A stretch of DNA of 64,000 nucleotides from assembly GCA_965235115.1 (NCBI GenBank), contig OZ249446.1, forward strand, positions 12,090,001 to 12,154,000. Direction: 5' to 3'. Shown here piece by piece: positions 48,501-61,246 of this stretch (positions are counted from its first letter, which is position 1; every line of letters starts with the position of its first letter). The DNA comes from Laetmonice hystrix (taxonomy: Eukaryota). The notes under the pieces are model-generated. The model did not search any database. It had not been told where the DNA came from and saw only the letters and a program-made list of their open reading frames with translations. Both the position numbers and the translations under genes were made by a program.

Positions 48501-51500
48501 ATGTCAAATGGCACAATTAGGCACCTCAATTAGGCCTAGCTATATCAGAAAGACTTCCACTCTTTTACATCAAGACTGGGAATCAAGACGTCCTAAGATA
48601 AGTGTCAAAATTGTCAGCGCCTATATGAAAGATAAACAATATACAATTAGGGGCGACACAGTTGAAGTTGTACAGTATCGCGCCACTAGAGGGCGGGTCG
48701 CAGACACCTGGTGGGTCGAGGTCGCGGAGCTGAAGAAGTCTGGGTGGGGAAGATACTTCACAAGTTTACACGATAACGTCAGATACGGCGTCACAATGTC
48801 GATGAGGGACGCCACGTCTTAACACGAGCGTCCGTGACGTACGGGCGTTTGTTATTGTCACGTGGTCGCTGAGACGCAGCCGGGTGACGCCAGGTGGCGC
48901 TGCTGGGTGGAAGGTGGTTGGATTATTCAACCCACCACCGCCACCACCACCCATCACGGCGCCCCTAGGCCAAGCACCTTAGCGATGAGATGGCACGCCC
49001 AGAAACCCCGTGCCGAGTGCTGAGAGCAGGTTTTGGGTGGATGGGAATGTTTTCTGATCGAGACGAGGTGATAAAAAGACTATGAAAGTGCACTATAGAT
49101 ATGCGACATATGTCTATCGGGAGGCAACCTATAGTTGCCTCGGTTTAAACTGGTTGAGGCAAATACTTAGGTTGTTTGGACTACACACGTGCTTGTCATG
49201 TCTGTCATACCACGCACCCCTGGCAGTTTCTTGGCTCGCTCCACCTTGGCGTGTCATTAACAAAATTTCAAACGTGTAAAATAAATTAAATTATACGCCT
49301 ATGAATATCAAATTCCACCTGGATTGAATTCCACATATCCAAGTAATTTCCAGAGTCAAGTTATTCTGAACGGAAGTCAAGGAGGGTTCGTTATGGATTG
49401 AGACAAATCGAACGAAGAGTATGTTCGGCTTGCCACAAGTAAATAAAACTTTTGCATTGTAGATGATAGGCTCCAAATAAAACCTGCTTCTGGTGTTTGT
49501 TCCCGAGTAGTGAATATTAGTGTATCAACAGGAAATCTCCATATCCAGGGGTGCTCCGAGCCAATGTACCAGCATGTAGACAAATGAAGTGCACCGCCCC
49601 ATTTACCCTTTTCTTTTACATTGTTGTGAATTGTTTGACAAGTCATGAACTACGAATACCCACACGAATTCAAAAGAAATCGTTCGGATACAACACCGAG
49701 GCTCCAACACGAACGAGGAAGGCGACATTGAAAACTGACTTGATATAAAAAGAGCAGAAAAACCTACTGTCAGCTGTTGGTCGCCAGTGAATGCTTGGTC
49801 CGATCTGAATACAACTGAAATCCAGGGCTGACATTTGTCATTCTCTGCGCGTCCTCCCCTCAACTTAAATCATCGTCATTAGTCAATTTCCCAGTGCCTT
49901 GTAGCCAGGTGTTTTGTAAGGGCCACCAAAAGAACCCGGCAGATACCAGTTTCTAATTTGCCAGTAGCGGTTAGAATATATATTATATATAATATATGGT
50001 ATTTTATTTATATGTATTAGGCCTATATATTGACAAGAGGAATGTAAATTTACTTCAGACACCTATGATAAGTGATCAAACACAATAGTTATTTTATGAC
50101 CCAGTAATCGATGGAGCTCAGATTATGTTTGGTGTCGTAGATCGAGGTGGGGGGGGGGGGGGTCCAAGATCACGTAGTGTACGATCAAAGCGTGTTCATA
50201 CGGACATGGCACCTACACATTTAATTACCTGGCATACATCAATGAATGTACGCAGGTGCCCTCACGTATGCTGGTGTATACTTTCACATGGGTGTGTGCG
50301 TGTGCATGGTGATTGACGGGTTGTTATACATGTAATCATCACCATCGTTCTGTCTCCACCAGCTCTTAGCGTCATCTTGATTTGGACCTTAGCCAATGTG
50401 GTCAATATAAAACAAGAAGGTTTAATCGTACAGGTTTATCCTTAACTCGTGACGAGAGGGATTAAGGAAGTGTCGTCAACTCGCACGTGGTGCACACACC
50501 CCGGCAGACCACGTGCGTCTAACGTGCGCACGCACCTCATCCATGGCTCTCGCAAACATGACGTTTTACGTCAGATCACGATATCGTCTTCAATGCAGTT
50601 TATTTTCACCTTCAAATATGAAGATCAAGTCGACATTCCTGCATTCTTCTATATGTAAGGGTGTACACACTGAAGTGGTAAGATCGAAAAAAGCGTGTTT
50701 AAAAGAATTCAACCTTTTTTTCGCTACGGCGTAGAATGCACATGAAGAAGTATACCTGGAGGGGAGGGGCATTGACCTGTTGGCCAAATGTCTACACTGG
50801 CGGGTACACCCCGAGTGGTAGGTAAACTCATCACAACTTGGAGATTAACTTAACGAGACATGTGGCTTGAGAAGAAATGGGAGAGCTTCCGTAACAACTG
50901 CAAATCCCAACCGGATTACTGACACATCGCTGACTTTAATTACAGGAGGCGGCCACAGATCGCGTTTGTCGAGATTATTCCATGCTACATGGCAAGGCAG
51001 TCCTTTACATAAGGTTTACACCTTGGCCTCAATCGTTAGCCACAATTACAGTTCACACACGGAACATTGGCCACAATAGTATGTTAGCCACAATTGTATG
51101 CCACCTTGGCCACAGACCATCAAGCCACAATTCAATTATCACAAAATCATTTAATGCCCCGAATAAACGGTTCAAAAGAAAATCCCTGATCAGATTATTC
51201 GACGAGTGACGTACGCGCAGCGGTAATCGTGCCATCGGCAGCTTTACCGGCCCCACGTGGTTCGGAGGTCCTACCACCACCAGATCGGCACAGTGACTTC
51301 AAACCGTAACAGGCACGCTCAAACGTCGGCAAACATCACTTACTTTGCTAGCGGTGATTTCCACATGTTGGTCGCCCTCGCGCCGATGACGAGTTGGTCA
51401 AGATTCATGCACCAATTAAGGCGACTCGGAGTTCAGATTTGTTGGACACACGAACGCTTGCAGTCGTGTTGTCACTGGCGTTCCCAAGTGTTGTTAGGCG

Positions 51501-52473
51501 ACCACGTGGTTTACCCGCGAGTCGAACGCGATGTAAACAGAGATGCAGCAAGCACGCTGTGGGACTCGCTCAGTTACTACATTCCTGACTCCTTCTTTCC
51601 TTCGTATATCATTTAATGACTCTTATAAAGTGCCCGCGGGCTAGAAGTCCGCGACTCTAATAATATAATATTTCAACAGGGTTCTTTTTAAACGTATAGA
51701 AAAAACCCACAACACACCTTATTATATGCTGGCCTAGTGGATTGTTTGTATGTATGATCGCACAGTGTGCTTCCTCGATCGTCCGTGCTTGTACAACTAC
51801 TTGTTGATTGTCGCTCACTTCGGTTAGCACGATTGGAAATGGTGTAGTGTTATAAAAGTTTGGTGATTGTCCAACGTTCTGGTTCGCGCAGCCTGCTTCT
51901 GCTGGTTCACCTATAAATGTGTTCTAATTGGGCCGATACGCAGGTTTAAATATATAGGGGGCGCTGCGCTAATGTGGGGTCATCGGCAGACAAGAGCAGA
52001 ATTCGGCATATTGCGGAAATGCTATACAGCCCACCGGCACTGGGCCCCACGACCTGCCCGGTGATTCACACTCGGAGGGGCTCGGCACGGGACGGCAGGA
52101 GAGGGGTGAGAGAGAGACGGGGTGGGGGTAAGGCGGACCGCGACGGAGGTTGTCAGTCAAGTGGGAATTATGGCTGCAAATGGGTCGTGATTGGTGGAGA
52201 AGGGTAGAAGCACGCGAATAGAGGAGGGGCTTGTGGCTGGCGGGGGTGGGGTGAGGGACGGGCCAGGCCATCAGACAGGTAGCCCGGCTAACTGGTGGAG
52301 ATTCCGTGGTTACGAAAGGCGAGTGAGTGGTGGGAGCCACACGGCAGTGACAGTGGAGGCTGCGATCAGGCAAGCCATCACGGTGGGATCAGAGGTACAT
52401 AGTCAGTGTATACCGGCTCTAGGGACCAGCAACATACGACTATACTTTACCTGAGGCAGTCATGTTAACTTGG

Positions 52474-52846
52474 NNNNNNNNNNNNNNNNNNNNNNNNNNN
52501 NNNNNNNNNNNNNNNNNNNNNNNNNNNNNNNNNNNNNNNNNNNNNNNNNNNNNNNNNNNNNNNNNNNNNNNNNNNNNNNNNNNNNNNNNNNNNNNNNNNN
52601 NNNNNNNNNNNNNNNNNNNNNNNNNNNNNNNNNNNNNNNNNNNNNNNNNNNNNNNNNNNNNNNNNNNNNNNNNNNNNNNNNNNNNNNNNNNNNNNNNNNN
52701 NNNNNNNNNNNNNNNNNNNNNNNNNNNNNNNNNNNNNNNNNNNNNNNNNNNNNNNNNNNNNNNNNNNNNNNNNNNNNNNNNNNNNNNNNNNNNNNNNNNN
52801 NNNNNNNNNNNNNNNNNNNNNNNNNNNNNNNNNNNNNNNNNNNNNN
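52474..52846. other. Assembly gap (N run), followed by a GA-rich microsatellite to ~52928
   Basis: 373 N. Confidence 1.
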
Positions 52847-52951
52847 GGGAGAGACAGGTAGGGAGAGAGAGGCAGAGAGAGAGGCAGAGAGAGGCAGAGA
52901 GAGAGAGGCAGAGAGAGGTTGAGAGAGGGCCAGACGTAGGCCTACATATTG

Positions 52952-53180
52952 TAATACGACAGAAGGGTGACCACACTTTTGACAATGAAGACATAGATAT
53001 TCTAATACGACAGAAGGGTGAACACACTTTTGACAATGAAGACATCGATATTCTAATACGACAGAAGGGTGAACACACTTTTGACAAAGCAGACTTAGAT
53101 ATTTTAATACGACAGAAGGGTGAACACACTTTTGACAATATAGACGTCGATATTCTAATACGACAGAAGGGTGAACATAC
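52952..53180. repeat. 51-bp minisatellite, ~4.5 copies
   Basis: Unit taatacgacagaagggtgaacacacttttgacaatgaagacatcgatattc starts at 52952, 53003, 53054, 53105, 53156. Confidence 0.92.
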
Positions 53181-56100
53181 ACGTCGATATTATCATATGA
53201 TAGCAGGGCAGTAATACGAGCTATAACAGGGTTACGCTACTTCTTTGATAACTGAGAGGGTCGATGTTGTATTTTTGTATCGTTCGGTTTCCGGATTCGT
53301 TGGGCAATCAATCTCTAGCTACAGGCCATCGTTTTGTAATAAAAGGTTTACTTCGCTTCCTCTGACCTGATTGGATCCCGCTATATACAAAAATTATAAC
53401 ACAAACATATAAACATCTTTAGTCCTTTGATATACACTGGGTGTATTTCTTATCGCCGATCTTCCCACACAAATTACGACAGGGCCTCTCAAACAGTTTG
53501 GCCGTAACTAGACTGCATGACTCTAAGTAGATCAGAAGTCGCCTTACCTTCCGCTTCCACGGCTGGCAATTTGTCAGAAGGCGAACGTTTGGCTTTCTTG
53601 TTTGACTCATAGCACGTTAATATCCCCAACGTGACTTCTCCACCGTCGCCTTTTCTACTTGAATATGAGCAATAACCACCCCCGAGGCCAAGTTCACTTT
53701 GCCAGTTATTTAGATGTCAAGAATCAGGATCGTTATCCAAGAATCTCGTCATTTTCATAACTGAGAACACTTGATTTATTACCTGGACGTCACGTGACGA
53801 GCCTGCATTCTGTGTAGGTCTATAATACACCACTGTAATTCTGTCCGCACCCATCCAACCATAAACCCAGTCATAACCTGTCCCCATGATCGGACGATCA
53901 TTACAGTAAGCACTCTACCGTCTGGGATGGGTACTTGTAGGGTATGTCATGTATAGTCACTGTGATATCTTCTCGTTATCATAGTATAATCATAATCATC
54001 ATCATAATATCGTCCCCCGTGAGGCCTGCTCTTACAAAGACTGAGTTCTGGCCCTGCTGCTGCTGCTGCTAGTTACGGTCAATACCCGTAAAAGGTTTAA
54101 GATATAATGGGGCTCCCCCGACTTTACGGCACCGTGTATTTCGGTAGATTTTACAGTGATTTTTACTACTCTAAGCAAGAAAAGAACCCACACCATGTTA
54201 GTGCACAACGTTTGCAGGTTAAGAGTTCATGGTTTCGGTCAGCGAACCCTACTAACCAGGGTGTTACTCATAGAGAAGTGCATTCTCCACAGTAATGACC
54301 AAGCGGGACAGAAGTGTGTAACCTGTCACCCTGTCACCCGCCCACGCACTCCTTGGGCCTGTGTCGGTCACGCACGACAAGCGACCTGCCGACTTGCAAA
54401 ATTTGTCTTGTCGTCTTCCTGAGATGAAATCTGAGTAGGTGTCTCTACATGTAGGTAGAACCGAGCACAGGCCAGTACGGATATAATAACTGGCTCTCCA
54501 AAAAATAAGACGCAAAACTGTTATGTGTGTGAATGGTGCAGCAGAGATGATTGTGTATAGAATTCTGCCGCCGGTTTATAAGGCACGAATCGCCTTTGTT
54601 GTACGTCGTCCTCTGGTTTGTCTCACTCGCTGTGAGTGGCCACTTCAGGCTGTCGTATCAGCTCATCAAGGCTTACATTTCTGTTAATATGGAAAGCTGC
54701 AGAATAAAATAAAATTTTCTATGTGGTAATTGATGATGAAAAACAAAATAATGTACTCTATCTAAAGGAACTTTACGTCTCTAAAGGGGAGGAGTAGCTC
54801 ACCTGTAGGCCTACCCGCATCGCTTGTCTTCAAACTCCCCTCCAGAAAAAGTCGAGATATGCCACTGATTTGCTTGAAGTAGATATTGTAACTGTTATAA
54901 TTACGATAACGCATTGCATCAGTTGATATGGTTTGGTTTATTCGGATCCCGACATAAGTCCGTCGACTTCGCAACATATCCTTGGATATTCTAGCCATGA
55001 TTTTTTTAGTTTCACCTTAGGCCTACTTTTCTACTGACACGATGGCCGTCTAGCGTTAGTTTCCCGAACTTTCGGAGGCCCTAGGATGTTTATTACAAGT
55101 ACCCCCTCGGACCTTTAGGAGAGTATATGCATGTCATCCAGGGGTTAGTGGCGCACATATACCACCGAATTTAAGTCGTTTTTAACGAGCAAAAGCCGTC
55201 GGATACACGTAACACGAAAGGGCGTCTGTCAGGGGGTAGAAGTAAACAATTACAATTGTTTCTAACTTCACTCTCACAAGACAGGGAGAGAACTTTTATA
55301 GCTGCATTCCCAGGAACAGGAGGACTGATCGCAGGCTCCAGGTTTCACAAGTCGGGGTTGGGATGGGTTGGGGTAATTACCCTCGGTCGGAAACATTCAG
55401 CAACAACTGCCGCTCCTTAATCCTACCTTCAGGTCATTCTCCCTCGTGTAAGCGATGTCTGTAATCGTATTAAAAATAAAAGTTATATTAGTTTCGACAA
55501 GTTGGAATGGAAAACATCTGAAGGATCATAATGTTGTACCAAGACTTTGGGAAAACTAGTTTTGTTCTTTACATTTCCAAGGATGTCGCATAATAGAGAC
55601 GTCGTCTTTTGTTAAATAATGAATATAAATGATTTAATTTGATGTTTTAACATAATCGTTTCGAGCAACTATCTCAATTCCTACACCAATTCATCATGAT
55701 GTCGTTGGAGACCCGTTTAGTATCAATGTTATCTGTACTACTAAAAGTAGAAAACTCCTTTAGACTTCATTTACTTATATTAAAATTTAGGCAGATCCTT
55801 TCGTGCGTGCCCTTTAGTTGGCATAGTTCCATTTACACAATGGAGAGGCAGTTCAATCCCTTGTTGCCACCCGCCATTTTTAGAAATACTGTCCAGCTTG
55901 TATCCGGGCTGGTACTGTATCCATGCTCGTACTGACGCTGCCGACAGAATATGTGATTATGCCATTCTAAAGGTATGAGTACTTAGTTTCTCGGAAACGG
56001 AATGGCCGGCCCCTTGACCTCTCATACTCTACCCCCTCAACCTTTGGCACTGCCCGGGTTGCATCCTGACCCCACTCGCTATGGTGACATATCTCAGCCC

Positions 56101-57894
56101 CATGCATTAAGTGTATTCCAGGAACCGTGCCCGCTGCAGTCACTGGCAATTTGCATTGAACGATAATTTCTCACCCAGGGGTGTTTAGATAAACTAGTCG
56201 TCAGCCGTCGGGGAAGGCGATCCCAAAGGGCCTGTTTATAACCGGGTATTAATTTGTTCCAAGTCCGCACGATACCAGATGCTTGACCTTGCGAGGCCCG
56301 CGGGCGATGGCGTCTCCTCAGTTTTCATTTTTGTGTCACGAACCGGGATGTCGAGAACGACCCTCATCTGGATCATTAACACCTAAACGTTTTTTGGGGT
56401 GGTATTTCATTCCAGGCCTCTTCCCTGGAAGTATGAAAAAAATAGGGGCAGGGTAGGGGAGCGTTGTGTGATTTATAATGAAAAGTTTCGTTTGCTGACA
56501 AGGCTATTGACCCAGATGTACGCTGATTCCGACCTTGCTCAGTTCCTCGTTGTCGAAACCTTTCACGGGTGCGTTGTGAACGGTTACCTCGTCTGGCTCT
56601 GGGCGAGAGCGTATTGAACTTACCCAGGCGCCTCCAGGACAATTCTTGCTCTTAAATCGTCGTATGTCCTCGTGATTGAAAACTTTTGTCTGTTTTATAC
56701 AATCCGCCTATATTATGTATCAAAATGCCATATTTGATTAAAGTTAAAAAAAATTAAAAATAATGAAAGGTTGGGTCACATGGTGTACTGTGATACTGCT
56801 ACCTTCACTCAGTCAGCGTAAACTTGCTGATGTAAACTCCAAAAATGAGAAAGCTTTATGAGAAAGAGAAAAACAGATAACGGGCATAGTATTCTAGGAA
56901 AACTACCAACCACACAACATCTGTGAAACAGATGCAAGTTAATCGGGATGTAAGCTCTCCTGGTCTTCTGGGGGTCGAGGTGGCTCGAACTGGTCTAAGG
57001 CTCCAACTCGTGACCATACCATACCATACCAAGAAAGTTGCTTAGTTCAGGTCAGTGGTTTTCCATTGGTACGACTGGTCCCAGTTCGTAAAGATATTGT
57101 TTAAACTTAAGCGTAAGCTTGTACATTTCTATCGATACAGCTAGAGATTATAATAGAGTATTAAAGGTTATTACTCCTGGATACAGTTCCCTGCGACCGA
57201 CATGCTAGGAGGACTTAACACTACCCATGAAAATACTATCATCATCAGCCTCATCATAATTCACATCATCAGCATACTGGCGTCCCAGGTACAAAAGGTT
57301 CGTTTTCTAAGTGACATGTGTACGTTGTGCTCATTCCGTGTCGGTTTCCCGATTTACGAGATCCGTTAGCGGAATGAAGAAAGGCTAATGGCGATTAAAT
57401 TAAGTTCTTGTCGGCCAAAACAACATTTGGGATTGACAGCGATTGCCGGAGTTACGTCTGACACGATAAGGGAGCAACTGCTTTATTCAACTACTGATAT
57501 TCAAACAATCATGGCCCGGCGTAATTCTTCATCTTTCGGTCACGTGTCACTTCCGATGTCACGTGACCCCGTTTGACCAAACTGACCTATTTTTATTATG
57601 CCGTCGAGAATCATGCCAGCCTCAAGAATGACAACTCCCTGTACGTTCTGAACTTGCCAAGACTTCTCATAAAAGTAACTGACCCGAAACCTAACAGTAA
57701 GAGGTGCCAACGACTAACAAATTTAGAAGCTCTAGAGTGCTACTAGTTTTTTGTTTCACTCTCCAGAGGTGACACAAATAAGAAAGTGCAGATAAAATTA
57801 GGAATAGGACCATTATAATGGACCCCTTAAAAGAACGTGTGATTTAAAGGAGCGATTTCGCCTGACAGATTTACGGAGTTTGATTCTTCCGTAG

Positions 57895-59522
57895 TCAGAC
57901 ATTCAGACAGACATACCGACAGACAGACAGATAGTCAGTCAGTCAGGCAGTCAGTCAGTCAGTCAGTCGCGCAGCCAGTCAGTCACTCAGACAGTCAGTC
58001 ACTTAGATAGTCAGTCAGTCGGACAATCAGCCAGTCAGTCACTCAGCCAGCCAGTCACTCAGCCAGCCAGTCAGTCACTCAGTCAGACAAACAGACACTC
58101 AGACAGTCAGTCGAACAGTCTCTCAGTCAGTCAGACAGTCAGTCTCTCAGTCAGTCACTCCGTCAATCAGTCAGTCAGTCAGTCAGTCAGTCAGTCAGTC
58201 AGTCAGTCAGTCAGCCGAACAGTCACTCAGTCAGTCAGACAGTCAGTCGAACAGTCACTCAGTCAGTCAGACAGTCAGACAGTCAGTCGAACAGTCACTC
58301 AGACAGTCAGTCAGTCAGCCGAACAGTCACTCAGTCAGTCAGACAGACAGCCGAACAGTCTCTCAGTCAGTCAGACAGTCAGCCGAACAGTCACTCAGTC
58401 AGTCAGACAGTCAGTCGAACAGTCACTCAGACAGTCAGTCAGTCAGTCAGTCAGTCGAACAGTCACTCAGTCACTCAGACAGTCAGTCGAACAGTCACTC
58501 AGACAGTCAGTCAGTCAGCCGAACAGTCACTCAGACAGTCAGTCAGTCAGCCGAACAGTCACTCAGTCAGTCAGACAGTCAGTCGAACAGTCACTCAGAC
58601 AGTCACTCAGTCAGTCAGACAGTCAGTCGAACAGTCTCTCAGTCAGTCACTCAGTCAGTCAGACAGTCAGTCGAACAGTCTCTCAGTCAGTCACTCAGTC
58701 AGTCGAACAGTCTCTCAGTCAGTCACTCAGTCAGTCAGACAGTCAGTCGAACAGTCAGTCAGACAGTCAGTCGAACAGTCTCTCAGTCAGTCACTCAGTC
58801 AGTCAGACAGTCAGTCGAACAGTCAGTCAGACAGTCAGTCGAACAGTCACTCAGACAGTCAGTCGAACAGACACTCAGTCAGTCAGACAGTCAGTCGAAC
58901 AGACACTCAGTCAGTCAGACAGTCAGTCGAACAGTCACTCAGACAGTCAGACAGTCAGTCGAACAGTCACTCAGTCACTCAGACAGTCAGTCGAACAGTC
59001 ACTCAGACAGTCAGTCAGTCAGTCAGTCGAACAGTCACTCAGTCACTCAGACAGTCAGTCGAACAGTCACTCAGACAGTCAGTCAGTCAGCCGAACAGTC
59101 ACTCAGTCAGTCAGACAGTCAGTCGAACAGTCACTCAGACAGTCACTCAGTCAGTCAGACAGTCAGTCGAACAGTCTCTCAGTCAGTCACTCAGTCAGTC
59201 AGACAGTCAGTCGAACAGTCTCTCAGTCAGTCACTCAGTCAGTCGAACAGTCACTCAGTCAGTCACTCAGTCAGTCAGACAGTCAGTCGAAAAGTCAGTC
59301 AGACAGTCAGTCGAACAGTCACTCAGACAGTCAGTCGAACAGACACTCAGTCAGTCAGACAGTCAGTCGAACAGACACTCAGTCAGTCAGACAGTCAGTC
59401 GAACAGTCACTCAGACAGTCAGACAGTCAGTCGAACAGTCACTCAGTCACTCAGACAGTCAGTCAGTCGAACAGACAGTCAGTCAGACAGTCAGTCGAAC
59501 AGTCACTCAGACAGTCAGTCAC
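57895..59522. repeat. Complex (CAGT)n-derived tetranucleotide satellite, ~1.6 kb
   Basis: Built from 4-nt modules CAGT/CAGA/CACT/CGAA/CTCT/CAGC, with a 540-bp higher-order duplication. Confidence 0.95.
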
Positions 59523-59755
59523 TGTGAACGCGTGCTCTTTGATCGTTGGTTTAGTAACGCTCCAATACTCTAACCACAGCCCCGCCCTTACAGAACCTCT
59601 TGATCATTTGCCATCTTGGCGACAAGTAAGTCCTTGATCGTACAGTGTCACTTGCACGTTGTCAGCCCACACACTCGGATACATACATACATACTTACAT
59701 ACACATACAAGACGCTCTGTGACAGTCAACTAGCAAGATTTTCTAAAATTCCTAT

Positions 59756-60091
59756 TTTTGAATCACAGGTATAATGATATAGTCATACTTGGAGTCCTTA
59801 ACTATTGAATCACAGGTATAATGATATAGTCATACTTGGAGTCCTTAACTATTGAATCGCAGGTATAATGATATAGTCATACTTGGAGTCCTTAACTATT
59901 GAATCGCAGGTATAATGATATAGTCATACTTGGAGTCCTTAACTATTGAATCACAGGTATAATGATATAGTCATACTTGGAGTCCTTAACTATTGAATCG
60001 CAGGTATAATGATATAGTCATACTTGGAGTCCTTAACTATTGAATCGCAGGTATAATGATATAGTCATACTTGGAGTCCTTAACTATTGAA
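59756..60091. repeat. 47-bp minisatellite, 7 copies
   Basis: Unit aatc(a/g)caggtataatgatatagtcatacttggagtccttaactattg starts at 59761, 59808 and onward. Confidence 0.95.
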
Positions 60092-60858
60092 GGCTGTCAC
60101 TAGTGACATCAGTTTTTGTATTTACTGACGAAATAGGATATTTTCAACTGAATTGAAAAAAGATCGTCTTTTATCCATGTTTTGTCATATGAACAGGAAA
60201 ACGATGATAGTTGTATTTAATTTAGTGTATAAAAAGAGTATCTTTTCTTATCTTACCAGGTGGCAGGGAGAAGTATTTTTCAATACATTCTGGACAATGT
60301 TTTGTTTTAACTGCCCTTTAAGAGAGCCCAGCAGTGGTTATACAGTAGCTAAAAACTAACTGTACGTAATTAGGGTGATCTTTAAGAAATTTTAGTTCTC
60401 ACAAATTCCCATAAACTGTTGTTCTTATTACTCACCGCCCCCCCGCGTGTGGTGTTAAGAAAGTGATCTCGATCTATGTATCGGCGTACGGCCCATGCCA
60501 ATCGAGCCTGGCCCATGAAAGTTCTTAAAGAGCCTGCCAACTACCTGTCACATCGGACGAGTAGACGCATGACATTGGTTCTCTACATAATAACCATTTG
60601 GCCGTATTCTTGGGCTCTCTTCCAATGACACAATACGCCGTAAAGACAATATAAGTGCGTCGTATTTAAGCTATGGGTTTGAGCAGAGAGTAGAGACTAT
60701 TATTCTTAGGGGTGGGGGTCGCAGGGCTGATGGGGGGGGGGGGGGTAAGTTGAACTCAGCGGTTTTAGTTTATTATATATTTGAAGTAAATGAAAATCTG
60801 AGCATGTGCCGACAGAGCCTACAGAGATCACGTGACTGAAGGTGGAGCACGTGGTCAA

Positions 60859-60928
60859 ACATGGCGGCGGGCACATGGCGGCAGGCACATGGCGGCGGGC
60901 ACATGGCGGCGGGCACATGGCGGCGGGC
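60859..60928 (+). repeat. 14-bp tandem repeat x5 (ACATGGCGGCGGGC), each unit carrying a YY1-like core
   Basis: Units start at 60859, 60873, 60887, 60901, 60915. Confidence 0.85.
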
Positions 60929-61246
60929 TGGGCGGGTTGCGACATTTAACCGTCCGTAACGCAAGCACAAGACGCCGGTTGCAGAATCCTGCGCAGATGG
61001 CACAGTATTTACTCCTGTCGCTGGCCATCCTTGCCGGGCGAAAACAAGGCGGAGGCTTGCGGGAGGCTAGGGAGGCTAGGGAGGCGCAGGGCCTCAACTC
61101 AATCACTGCCATGCTTCTCAATCGATATAACGTGGCTCCTGGAATGAGCTAATGGTACGGGCTCTTAACAACAGGTGGCGCAGTGACATTGGGCGGAGGG
61201 CATTGTGGGAGGGCGGGGTAAACTGTCCCCCTCCCAAACTGCCACA

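Noticed and set aside
52440-53214. ORFs of 150-250 aa
   Set aside because: Artefacts of the N-gap plus GA and 51-bp repeats
56970-57035. tRNA-Leu-like 5' half followed by (ACCAT)3
   Set aside because: No B box found; at most a SINE scrap
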